Shown: positions 15,827 to 23,886 of the stretch, piece after piece
Layout: every line of letters begins with the position of its first letter
Numbering within the stretch: position 1 is the stretch's first letter
DNA from: Gemmata obscuriglobus
GTDB taxonomy: Bacteria > Planctomycetota > Planctomycetia > Gemmatales > Gemmataceae
Direction of reading: 5' to 3'
Assembly: GCF_008065095.1 (NCBI RefSeq)
Contig: NZ_CP042911.1
Location: forward strand, 8,430,001-8,462,000
DNA length: 32,000 nt
The notes under the pieces: model-generated
Databases searched by the model: none
The model's input: the letters and a program-made list of their open reading frames with translations, nothing else
What the model was told of the DNA's origin: nothing
Program-made: the position numbers and the translations under genes

Positions 15827-18800
15827 TTAACCGGTGATTGCGTCTAAGTGCAAACGAATAATGTCACCAGCAAGCAACCTAGCGCGAGATATTGTCCAGT
15901 ACCGAAAGTGGTTAAAGATGCCAACGACGAGGCCAGAGCTTTCGGTGTGTATAATTTGAGTCGCGCCAGTCTCATCCGCGATCTGAAGAATCTCTTCCAT
16001 TAGCCGGTACCCCCCATTCAAGATCAGGTCAAGGTTTGCAGCGTTGCTAGCCTTGGTCGTGAGAAACAATACATCGAACGGGGAGGAGAACTTGCCTTTC
16101 TCGGCCGGCGATTTGACTTGATGAATGTGGAGCGTCCCAAACGCCGGTGTAACAATGGGCGAAATAGCCTTTGCTAAATACGCAATAAACGTAGCGCGTT
16201 CAGCTTCAGTAGCTGGCCTACACGCACGTTCACGGGATCTTTCGTATGGAAGCGCTACCGCCAGTGTGTCGCGAATAACTTGGAGATCATAGTCGCGCAA
16301 TTGATACAGCTTGGCAAAAAATGTATCAACATCGTCCCATGGTATCGCCGAGTTGCTTTCCAGCGACTCAGACAGACGCATTAATTCATTGCGATCAGTC
16401 GGTGTCAGATTTTCCAGCGGCGGAATCGGACAATGTTCTAGGTCGGCCTTCCGCGAGCGACGGCGTTCGGCTCCGAATTCAGGACTCGTGGCCAGGAGAT
16501 AATAGAGCCAAATGTCGCTATGCACGAACAGGTGGAGATAGCGAGCAAGCAGTTCCCCATCCGGATGTCCGGCAGCAGAGTAGCCGTTGAAAACTTCGCT
16601 GTAGGCTACTTTGTCAAAGCAGAGGAGCGCGCGCCCAACCTCCCGGCTCTCTCCCGGCGATTGCCGGATGAGCGCCAGTGGCGGGTCGTAAATGGTTGGC
16701 TTGCGAGGCCGCCACACTAGATCGCGGGTAAACTCACGAAGTCCTGCAGTGTCAACCTTGAACTGAAATAGGTCAGTAGACGTGAGGTTTGGCCGTCCCT
16801 TTAGGAAGGAACAATCGCTGAGCCCATCCTGCTTCTCCGCTAATTGATAGCCTTTCCCACTGCGATTCTTGCCGACAACCCGCCTCCAATACTTGGCGAG
16901 CGGCTCGCCCACCGCCTTCAACTTCTCGATTACCTCTACATCGAGCATAGTGCCAATCGAAAGCGTCTTCCAAATCCATGGCTTCTTAGTCGCAAGCGCT
17001 GTGTCGATCGGCCGGGTGGACTCCGAGTCGATTCGAAACTGGCCCGCTTTGTTTAGCGCCAGGTCGAGCGGAAGCGTCACGAAGTATGTGTGATGGCCTT
17101 GTGGAGGCCGCTCGTTGGTGGCGAAAAGCAGCATCCAAGGTTGATTCATCTTCGGCCAAACCAGCGTGTCTGCCAGATTGGTCCCGTTAATAATTCCGTC
17201 CACACGAAGCAGGCGGAATATCATCGCCCGTGCCGCGGCTGGGTTTTTCGCCGACTTTAGCAGCAGACGGGCAGGCAAAGCCATACCAATCCGCCCTCCC
17301 GGCTTGCACCACTCAATTGAGCGTAGCAAGAATGGCAGGTCCGGATTGTTGTCCGGGAGGACTACTTCTACACTATTATCGTCACCTACTCGTTTTATTA
17401 TAGATTCGTAAGCGCCCGCCAACCTCTTGCCCATGTTCTTATCGAGGCTAGTCCACGGAGGATTGCTGACAACTATGTCAAATTTACCGTCAAAATTCTT
17501 GCCGACGTGTGCACCAAGGCTGCCGAGGGCTTGGGAATCTGTCGATACACCGTCCTCCCGCACGTTATGGAGAACGCGGCCTCGGAGGTTCTTGAACTTC
17601 AATTTGTCCGGTGGCTGCGGTTCCGGGTCTAGCTCGACGGCCGTGAGATACAGGCTCAACGCCGCTAATTTGAGCGCAGCCTCGCTGATATCCAAGCCAA
17701 CGAGTTGCTTCTCGAGAATCTCCCTGATGACAGCCGTATCTGGCCGTTTCTTATCTGCGGCTGCCCTCCACCGCTCGAGATAGAGGCGACGGAACGAAAG
17801 AACCAAAAAAACTCCGGCGCCACATGCTGGATCAAGAATCCGGCAGGCCTCAATGTTTGTGATACCTTCCAGCATCTCATTCAGCAACGTCACCGCGATG
17901 TTTCGCGGGGTGTACCGCTGGCTGGTCTTCTTAGCCTCTCTCGGCGTCCACTCCCAACACAGCGCCTCGTAAACTTGGCTCAGTAGACCGACGGGGATGT
18001 GGGCAAAATCGAATTCTTGCCACTCCCACTTGAGCATCGGCTGATAGCTGTTACCACGTGGCTGGTGCCCTCTGACCACTGCCGACAAATGCCGGAAGAC
18101 GTCACCACTGGTGACTGTCGCAATACGCTCGAAGAAAGTGGCGTTGCCCCCGTCGGTGAGTGGCAGGAAATCCCCGTTAAAAGTTTTGTCTAACCACGCA
18201 CAAGTGTTCGCCGAATTCTCTGCGTCTCGAAAACACTCCGTCCAATCTAGCGCCTTAGGGGCGATCTTCGAGAACGAATAGTTGTCTAAAACCCCGCGAT
18301 CTCGCAAAAATCGAAAAAACAGCGCCCGTCCGACGAGCGATATCGCATCCGGCCGAAGGCTTTCATTCCTGGCGATCTTGCTTGCGGTGTGCTTTATAAG
18401 GTTAAACAACCGGCCAAACACAGCATCGCCTGCCCCGAAGTCTTCGCCCTCAGCCATTCCAAACGCGAGCCGGGAGAATAGGGACCGGCCCTCTGTCGAA
18501 CCCGGTGTATATTCGACCCAGTTCGGCGTTTTGTCAGTTAGGGAGACTGGCGCGACGGTAATCTTGCCGAGATCGATCCGAGCGAGATAAACTCGCTCCC
18601 CGCGGCAGGCGAGTTGACGGAAAATAATCGGGATTTCGTCCGGCTCGTCATGGAACAGGTTATTTTTCGGTGATTGCTGCCCAAGCCGTTGCTCATCAAC
18701 GAAATACAGGACGGGCCGGCCCTGATACTCGGCGACACCGTCAGGTGAAGGCCGGTTCTTGCGGCGAAGCGAATTTAGGGTGAGGTAGTCTTGAAGATCA

Positions 18801-18940
18801 GGGGAAGGAACTTGCTGTCCGAAAATGCGGACATTGTCCTCGGCTACTCCGTAGCCGAGCAGTTCGTCGCGCAATTGATTTGCTGACCGGGACGGCATGG
18901 GGTTAATGTGGTTAAGACATTCATTAGCGACTGCCGGCAA
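15827..18940 (-). CDS. large gamma-class N6-adenine DNA methyltransferase (type IIG / PglX-like architecture)
   Basis: Motif I 'ILDPACGAGVFLV', motif IV 'VVSNPPWTS', upstream helical 'FFRFLRDRGVL' and 'LLSQVYEAL' motifs, and a long C-terminal target-recognition-like region. 1037 aa, low GC. Confidence 0.85.
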   Translation of the reverse strand: MPAVANECLNHINPMPSRSANQLRDELLGYGVAEDNVRIFGQQVPSPDLQDYLTLNSLRRKNRPSPDGVAEYQGRPVLYFVDEQRLGQQSPKNNLFHDEPDEIPIIFRQLACRGERVYLARIDLGKITVAPVSLTDKTPNWVEYTPGSTEGRSLFSRLAFGMAEGEDFGAGDAVFGRLFNLIKHTASKIARNESLRPDAISLVGRALFFRFLRDRGVLDNYSFSKIAPKALDWTECFRDAENSANTCAWLDKTFNGDFLPLTDGGNATFFERIATVTSGDVFRHLSAVVRGHQPRGNSYQPMLKWEWQEFDFAHIPVGLLSQVYEALCWEWTPREAKKTSQRYTPRNIAVTLLNEMLEGITNIEACRILDPACGAGVFLVLSFRRLYLERWRAAADKKRPDTAVIREILEKQLVGLDISEAALKLAALSLYLTAVELDPEPQPPDKLKFKNLRGRVLHNVREDGVSTDSQALGSLGAHVGKNFDGKFDIVVSNPPWTSLDKNMGKRLAGAYESIIKRVGDDNSVEVVLPDNNPDLPFLLRSIEWCKPGGRIGMALPARLLLKSAKNPAAARAMIFRLLRVDGIINGTNLADTLVWPKMNQPWMLLFATNERPPQGHHTYFVTLPLDLALNKAGQFRIDSESTRPIDTALATKKPWIWKTLSIGTMLDVEVIEKLKAVGEPLAKYWRRVVGKNRSGKGYQLAEKQDGLSDCSFLKGRPNLTSTDLFQFKVDTAGLREFTRDLVWRPRKPTIYDPPLALIRQSPGESREVGRALLCFDKVAYSEVFNGYSAAGHPDGELLARYLHLFVHSDIWLYYLLATSPEFGAERRRSRKADLEHCPIPPLENLTPTDRNELMRLSESLESNSAIPWDDVDTFFAKLYQLRDYDLQVIRDTLAVALPYERSRERACRPATEAERATFIAYLAKAISPIVTPAFGTLHIHQVKSPAEKGKFSSPFDVLFLTTKASNAANLDLILNGGYRLMEEILQIADETGATQIIHTESSGLVVGIFNHFRYWTISRARLLAGDIIRLHLDAITG

Positions 18941-18946
18941 CGATAG

Positions 18947-19207
18947 TCAGGCATCCGGCCACTCCGGATCACTCGCTGGGCGCGCAGTATCTCTCGCATG
19001 TGATTTTGCACAGCGCCCCGTTGGAAGTCCAGGTGGTTCCGGCTTTTCCGTGAAAGAGCGGACGTACTCAGGCCATCCCGCCGGCACAGATTGCCGCGTA
19101 TTACGGCGGCGCGAAAGATAGATAGGGTCGAATCGCTGAAAATCACAGGCAGTAACGGCCGGACCGCTGGCATTAATGCGTATGTTGCGCGCAGTTGTAA
19201 TATTCAT
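18947..19207 (-). CDS. possible small ORF upstream of the methyltransferase
   Basis: A very strong SD 'GAGGAGAAGGAGGTG' sits immediately before the ATG at 19207, with short spacing. The 86-aa product has no recognisable motif. Confidence 0.3.
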   Translation of the reverse strand: MNITTARNIRINASGPAVTACDFQRFDPIYLSRRRNTRQSVPAGWPEYVRSFTEKPEPPGLPTGRCAKSHARDTARPASDPEWPDA

Positions 19208-19413
19208 CACCTCCTTCTCCTCGTGCCCAGTCCTCCAGTCTGACTTTTGTTCGAGAGGTAGGGTACGAGGGTGCCAGTCAATCGGTTCCCTGGTTCCCAC
19301 CTACCCCTTTGCGATTGGAGTCCCAGGTCGAATGAAACAGTCACGGTTACTGTCCTTGCGCATTCCTTCGGAATTGGGCGAGGTCTGGTAAACGAGCACC
19401 GGAACCAAGCAGA

Positions 19414-19554
19414 TCAGTGGGTGAACACGTCGAACATCCGGAGCGCCAACGGCCAGCGGAAGAACAGCGCGGCACCAACCAGCGCGATGCCGGCAGCGCC
19501 GGCCAGGTACGCGCCGGCCACCAGGTCGCGGGGGTAAAGGGGACGGTCGAACAC
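19414..19554 (-). CDS. possible 46-aa single-TM protein
   Basis: My translation from the GTG at 19554 is VFDRPLYPRDLVAGAYLAGAAGIALVGAALFFRWPLALRMFDVFTH. It is too short to appear in the ORF track. Confidence 0.3.
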   Translation of the reverse strand: MFDRPLYPRDLVAGAYLAGAAGIALVGAALFFRWPLALRMFDVFTH

Positions 19555-19592
19555 GGTGGAGGTCCTCGACGGGCGAAGAAGCTATCTGAGAG

Positions 19593-19614
19593 CCGGTGCG
19601 GGCGCCCGCACCGG
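19593..19614. repeat. 22-nt perfect palindrome ccggtgcgggcgcccgcaccgg
   Basis: It is self-complementary. It lies between the stop at 19630 and the small ORF, and may be a hairpin or attenuator. Confidence 0.5.
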
Positions 19615-19629
19615 GTTGAAGCGGACCAC

Positions 19630-20478
19630 TCAGCGCGGCGTCGGGCACCGACCGTTCGAGCAACTCGGCACTGCGCCTGCCGGAATCACGTACTGCTGCG
19701 GGAACGCGTACTGCGGCACGGTCGGGCACGATCCACCCGAGCAGCTCGGCGCCGTCGATGTCCTCGACCAGGCCGCCGGCGAGCTGCTCGGCACGGGCAC
19801 CGCCGCGGCACCCGGAATGCGCTCGTAAGCGCCCCGTGCGGTGCGCCGCAGCGGGAACCCCTCGCGGTCCCAGCATTCGGCTTCCACGGCCTTCGCGGGG
19901 GCCTTTTCCGGGTCCTTTGCCGGCGCCTCCTTCAGCGACTTCCCGCAGTGGGGGCAGGTCTCGCAGTCACACACGGGCGGGGTGGTCGCGCGGATCTCCC
20001 AACTCAGCGGCTTCGGCGCGGGCTTGTCCCCGGCGGGCTTCGGCGCGGGCCGGTCGATCTTCTTGGCCGCGCTGTCGATGGCGCTCTTGAGTGCCCCATC
20101 TTCGACCGGGCAGGCCATCACGGTATGAACGAACAACGTCCCATCGACGGGGTAGCCGACTACCGCGGCAGGACCGGTCACGTCGTCGAGCACGTCGGTG
20201 CGCGCCACCACCGCTCCCGGGGCCGGGTGCGGCTCTTTGCACCCCACGAACACCACCAGCGGCCGGGACTGCTCCGCGGCAACGCGGTAGCCGGTCGCGT
20301 AATCCTTCGGCGCTGCCAGCCGCGGGGCCGGTGCGATCACGGGCGCGGGGCGGCCCGCCAGAGCCAAGGCCACACGTGCCTTGCGGTCGCGGTCGGAGTC
20401 GGGTTCCGCTCCGAAAATGGAGCTGGTCAGGGTGATCAGAAGTGCGGCGCTGAGCGCCACTCGGCATACGGTTCGCAT
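19630..20478 (-). CDS. secreted Pro/Ala/Lys-rich protein with Cys clusters
   Basis: Signal peptide 'MRTVCRVALSAALLITLTSSIFGA'. Also 'CDCETCPHC' and C-terminal 'CSGGSC...CSNGRC'. GGAG lies 8 nt before the ATG. Confidence 0.65.
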   Translation of the reverse strand: MRTVCRVALSAALLITLTSSIFGAEPDSDRDRKARVALALAGRPAPVIAPAPRLAAPKDYATGYRVAAEQSRPLVVFVGCKEPHPAPGAVVARTDVLDDVTGPAAVVGYPVDGTLFVHTVMACPVEDGALKSAIDSAAKKIDRPAPKPAGDKPAPKPLSWEIRATTPPVCDCETCPHCGKSLKEAPAKDPEKAPAKAVEAECWDREGFPLRRTARGAYERIPGAAAVPVPSSSPAAWSRTSTAPSCSGGSCPTVPQYAFPQQYVIPAGAVPSCSNGRCPTPR

Positions 20479-20510
20479 GTCCAGGTCTCCACAGTGAGGA
20501 AGCGGACCTG

Positions 20511-20541
20511 AACCGGCGGGGTGGATCAGACCCCGCCGGTT
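20511..20541. repeat. 12-bp stem-loop between the peptidase gene and the next gene
   Basis: aaccggcggggt / accccgccggtt with a 7-nt loop. Confidence 0.5.
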
Positions 20542-20554
20542 CTTCGTTATGCAA

Positions 20555-21775
20555 TCACCACGCCAGCGCGAAAGTGTCTAGCGCCGGCGCGCGGTGTCGT
20601 TCTTGCGTGCGAATGATCCAGTCGATCGGGACTCGCCGCGCGGGAAACCCCTGCACATCGGAAAGGGCGAAGCTATCCCCCTGGCGGACCATCCGATCGG
20701 CCACAGCCTCATCGATCCAGAACGCGGCCCGGGGCTGATCCTCGGGCCACACCGGGCCGCCGTGGGCCGAATCGCCCCACGAGTTCAGGCAGAGCACACC
20801 GGGCCGGCTGCCATTGCGCCACGCGATGAAGCACATCGCGTGCGGCCAGGTGCCCCGCGGCGTGCAGAACCCCTGCGCATCCCGGGTGCCCACCGAGCCG
20901 TCGCGGTTGTCGAACCCCACGTCACTGCACACCACCACCGGATAGCCCTGAGCGATGGCGCGCTTCACGTCGGCGGCGCTCTTCACCAGCGCCGCGCCTT
21001 TTACCGGATGTTGTCGGGCAACCGCGCTCACCTCGGCAGGGATGCCGCGCGCGCCCCACTCGCGGGCGCGGGCCGGGCTGAACGTGGTCAGGTCCGTGGA
21101 ACCGATCCGCTCCATCGGCGCGATGCCGCCCACCCGACCCACGTACTCGCACGCCCACCGCCCGAGCGACCCATCCCCGCGGATCTGGCCCTTGCCCACG
21201 TCGATGCGTGAGCCGGCATAAACCACCTCGACGCTCACCGGCTTCCACTCAAAGCTCGCGCCCTGGGCGATGGCCGTTGCCTGGACCGTGTCGCACCCGT
21301 GCTTCGTGGCGGCCCCGACGCAACAGCCCACGCTGCCTTGGTTGACGTTGGGGTATGCGGTGTCAGGCAGTTTGGCGGCCTTGCGCACCGCGCGGAATAG
21401 GAACACGTCGTCATCGCCCAGCGCGGCCCGACCGGCGGGCGTCTGCTCGAAGTGCAGCGTTTTCGTCTGATCCAGGTTCCGCTCGATCACGTCCGGATCG
21501 CGAACCCACCCGGTCGGCTTCTCGAACTCATCGAGCCGCTCGCTTGGCGCGGGCGTCGGCACCTCAACCCGCTTCTCGATCTCGCGCACACGCTCGGGCG
21601 CGACCTGCACCCCGACGCCGGTGCCTAGCACCAGCGGGAGGATGATTTTCAAGGCCAGAATTGCCAGCCGGCGGAGCCGCTCGCGGCGCTCCGGGTTCAG
21701 TTGCGCGTCATTACTCATTCGGCTACCTCGTTGGGGTGGGGCGTGCTGGTACGTTTCGTGAGCGGGGCTGCTCAC
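20555..21775 (-). CDS. membrane-anchored papain-like (C1-type) cysteine peptidase
   Basis: The N-terminal TM is 'LAILALKIILPLVLGTGVGV'. The Gln/Cys motif is 'NQGSVGCCVGAA', the His is in 'WPHAMCFIAW' and the Asn is in 'LNSWGD'. The start is either a GTG at 21775, in a GTGA overlap with the upstream stop, or an ATG at 21718. Confidence 0.7.
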   Translation of the reverse strand: MSSPAHETYQHAPPQRGSRMSNDAQLNPERRERLRRLAILALKIILPLVLGTGVGVQVAPERVREIEKRVEVPTPAPSERLDEFEKPTGWVRDPDVIERNLDQTKTLHFEQTPAGRAALGDDDVFLFRAVRKAAKLPDTAYPNVNQGSVGCCVGAATKHGCDTVQATAIAQGASFEWKPVSVEVVYAGSRIDVGKGQIRGDGSLGRWACEYVGRVGGIAPMERIGSTDLTTFSPARAREWGARGIPAEVSAVARQHPVKGAALVKSAADVKRAIAQGYPVVVCSDVGFDNRDGSVGTRDAQGFCTPRGTWPHAMCFIAWRNGSRPGVLCLNSWGDSAHGGPVWPEDQPRAAFWIDEAVADRMVRQGDSFALSDVQGFPARRVPIDWIIRTQERHRAPALDTFALAW

Positions 21776-22386
21776 TTCGCGAGGTCTTCGAGGTGAGCGG
21801 CCAGCTTCCGGAACAAGTCGGCCGCGCCCGCCCGCTGGTCGCTGGTCAACTCCCCGTCGGTGGTGGGCAAGACCGCGGCCAGCTCGACGGCCACCACCTG
21901 GCGGACCTCGCGCAGCGCCGCCTCTCCGATCAGGGCCGCCGCCGCCTCCTTGAGCTTCAGCCGCAACGCGCCGGCGGTGCTCAGGCTCGAATCACCTGCG
22001 AGCTTGGCGGCAGCTCGGTACAGGGCCGCCAGGTCGCGCGCCCACTCCCCCTTCTCCGCGCTGGTGCCGGCACCCGCGTCGAGCGCGGTTTTCAGTTTGG
22101 AGCGGAGCGGATCGACCGGGGCGGGTGGCGTCGGGGGCGTGGGTGGGGTTGGGGGCTTCGGCGCGGGGCCGTCGATCCCGAGCTTTTCCAACAGCTCGCG
22201 CTGGCGCTTCAGCTCGGCCGCGATCGAGGCGAGCGCGGCCGACTCGGCTTTATCGAGTTCGGCGCGCTGCCGCCGGATGCCGCTGACTTGTTCGGCCAAC
22301 TGGTCGATCGACTGAGGGGTGGGGGGCTGGGCGAGTGCCCACGCGGGCGCGAGCAGCCCAAAGAGGGGCAGGAGACAGAATCGCAT
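21772..22386 (-). CDS. secreted coiled-coil protein with (TPP)n linker
   Basis: Signal peptide 'MRFCLLPLFGLLAPAWALAQ', followed by 'PKPPTPPTPPTPPAP'. Confidence 0.65.
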   Translation of the reverse strand: MRFCLLPLFGLLAPAWALAQPPTPQSIDQLAEQVSGIRRQRAELDKAESAALASIAAELKRQRELLEKLGIDGPAPKPPTPPTPPTPPAPVDPLRSKLKTALDAGAGTSAEKGEWARDLAALYRAAAKLAGDSSLSTAGALRLKLKEAAAALIGEAALREVRQVVAVELAAVLPTTDGELTSDQRAGAADLFRKLAAHLEDLAK

Positions 22387-22408
22387 CGTGGGGGCCTCCG
22401 TGGGTACC

Positions 22409-22423
22409 CCCGGCCGATGTCAC
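22409..22423 (-). promoter_or_regulatory. copy 1 of conserved motif GTGACATCGGCCGGG(GG)
   Basis: The minus strand reads GTGACATCGGCCGGGGG. It contains the TGA stop of the 22420-22764 gene. Its downstream end, including the two extra G's at 22408-22407, lies 20 nt upstream of the ATG at 22386. Confidence 0.6.
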
Positions 22424-22764
22424 AGGGGCTCGGACTCCTGCACGTGGGGCTGTAACCCACGAGCGGCGAGCCACGCGACCCAATGCGTCTCGCGGTCGTA
22501 CACAGCGGGATCGACCGTATACGCGGAACTGCCCGGGATCGCGGCCGTGAGCCCGCCGAGCGCCGCGACCGTCTCCGGGCCGCACGGGGCGCAGCAGCCG
22601 TAGGCGGTGAGGGCCACGTCCGACGGGCCGGGGAACGGCACGAGGGGTACGCTGAACGAGTAGGCGCCCGGGGCCGGGGGCGAGGTCAGGTAGGGCGATA
22701 CGGCCGCTTCCGCGGGGGCGCGGGCGGCGGCGGGGACGATGGCGATAACGTAGGCGGCTGGCAC
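22420..22764 (-). CDS. hypothetical phage protein
   Basis: 114-aa ORF. Its GTG at 22764 lies 2 nt after the LamG gene stop. Confidence 0.5.
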   Translation of the reverse strand: MPAAYVIAIVPAAARAPAEAAVSPYLTSPPAPGAYSFSVPLVPFPGPSDVALTAYGCCAPCGPETVAALGGLTAAIPGSSAYTVDPAVYDRETHWVAWLAARGLQPHVQESEPL

Positions 22765-22766
22765 CG

Positions 22767-23591
22767 CTACAGCCCTCCGAGATAGGCTTCAAGGGCCGAT
22801 TTGGTTCCGGCGCTGAGCGGATCGCCGAACAGAAGAGAGAAGCCCGGCATTCGGCCCAGGTAATTATTTAAACCCGCTTCCGCACCAATATTCAAAGATG
22901 TTGCCGGATAAGGTACTCCGGTTGACCAGTTGATCGTCGCTGGCGCGCCGCCGTCCTTTGACAGCCTGGTTTGCGAAATGCCCGCATCGAACTCAGCTAC
23001 AAGCGTGAATGGTGTTCCCGCCGTGAAAGTAGTTCCACTGGTTTGTGATAGTAACGTTCCCGCGCCGCCGTTTGAACCGTACAGGATCGCTATAAGCCCT
23101 ATCGAGTTGGGTGGAATTCTCACATGGTGACCACGGGTAATTCCGCCGACGCTGGAAGAGCCGTAAAGGCAAGCGGTAGAAGATGCTTTGACAGAGGCAT
23201 TCGCCCGCATCCCGACTGTCACAGAGCCACCCAACGGAACGGGTTCGTTCGCGTTAGCTATCAAGCAATCATCAACCCCGTCGAAACTCAGTGAGTACAG
23301 GTTGCCGCCCTCCGAATACAGCAACGGTCGAGCGGCGTCACTCGGGGCGACGAACTCGACGGCCCCTGACGGACCATAAGGCCACACGGCCACGCGCACC
23401 GGATCGAGGTGCGAGGACGCGCGAGTCGTCTTCGCCGCGTCCTGGTATAGCAGCCCGTTTGTACGCATCCACGCCGCGAGGACGGAATACGAGGCGCCGA
23501 ACGCGGCGAGCGGGTTCGTGAGCCCGTCCCGCCGCCGCAACTGATTGATTGCCAAGCCCACTCCCAAACGCATCGCGCGGCCCTCACGCAT
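22767..23591 (-). CDS. LamG/concanavalin-like domain protein (tail fibre / receptor-binding candidate)
   Basis: 'LYSLSFDGVDDCLIA' is the typical LamG-family opening motif. The composition is beta-rich and Gly/Ser/Thr-rich. GC is lower than in the flanks. Confidence 0.65.
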   Translation of the reverse strand: MREGRAMRLGVGLAINQLRRRDGLTNPLAAFGASYSVLAAWMRTNGLLYQDAAKTTRASSHLDPVRVAVWPYGPSGAVEFVAPSDAARPLLYSEGGNLYSLSFDGVDDCLIANANEPVPLGGSVTVGMRANASVKASSTACLYGSSSVGGITRGHHVRIPPNSIGLIAILYGSNGGAGTLLSQTSGTTFTAGTPFTLVAEFDAGISQTRLSKDGGAPATINWSTGVPYPATSLNIGAEAGLNNYLGRMPGFSLLFGDPLSAGTKSALEAYLGGL

Positions 23592-23826
23592 AGGCGACGA
23601 TGTCGCTGGCCGTTGTGCCCGTGGCGTTCACCCGGATGCCCTCGACGGGCAGCGGTTCGCCGTTCGAGCAGTTCTTGAACGTGACCGGCGCGCCGTCCTT
23701 TCGCACTACCACTACGTCGCCCGCGGTCCCGACCCGCAAGGACCGGAACGCGCGCTCGGCGTTCGCCGCGTTGCTCGGGGTGACCGCGAAGAAGTAGTCG
23801 CTCGGGTCGGACATGCTCGCGGGCAT
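23584..23826 (-). CDS. small hypothetical phage structural-module protein
   Basis: 80 aa, overlapping the next gene by 8 nt. Confidence 0.5.
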   Translation of the reverse strand: MPASMSDPSDYFFAVTPSNAANAERAFRSLRVGTAGDVVVVRKDGAPVTFKNCSNGEPLPVEGIRVNATGTTASDIVAYA

Positions 23827-23860
23827 CGGCGCGGCTCTCGTCGGGGTGCGGTCAGGCTCC

Positions 23861-23875
23861 CCCGGCCGATGTCAC
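23861..23875 (-). promoter_or_regulatory. copy 2 of conserved motif GTGACATCGGCCGGG(GG)
   Basis: The minus strand reads ACGTGACATCGGCCGGGGG. It starts 11 nt after the stop of the 823-aa gene and ends 32 nt before the ATG at 23826. Confidence 0.6.
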
Positions 23876-23886
23876 GTGAGACACAA

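Noticed and set aside
22409-22423. Reading GTGACA of the repeated motif as a sigma70 -35 box
   Set aside because: No -10-like hexamer lies 16-18 nt downstream in copies 1 or 2. In copy 3 the ATG follows only 10 nt after GTGACA, so a standard promoter geometry does not fit.
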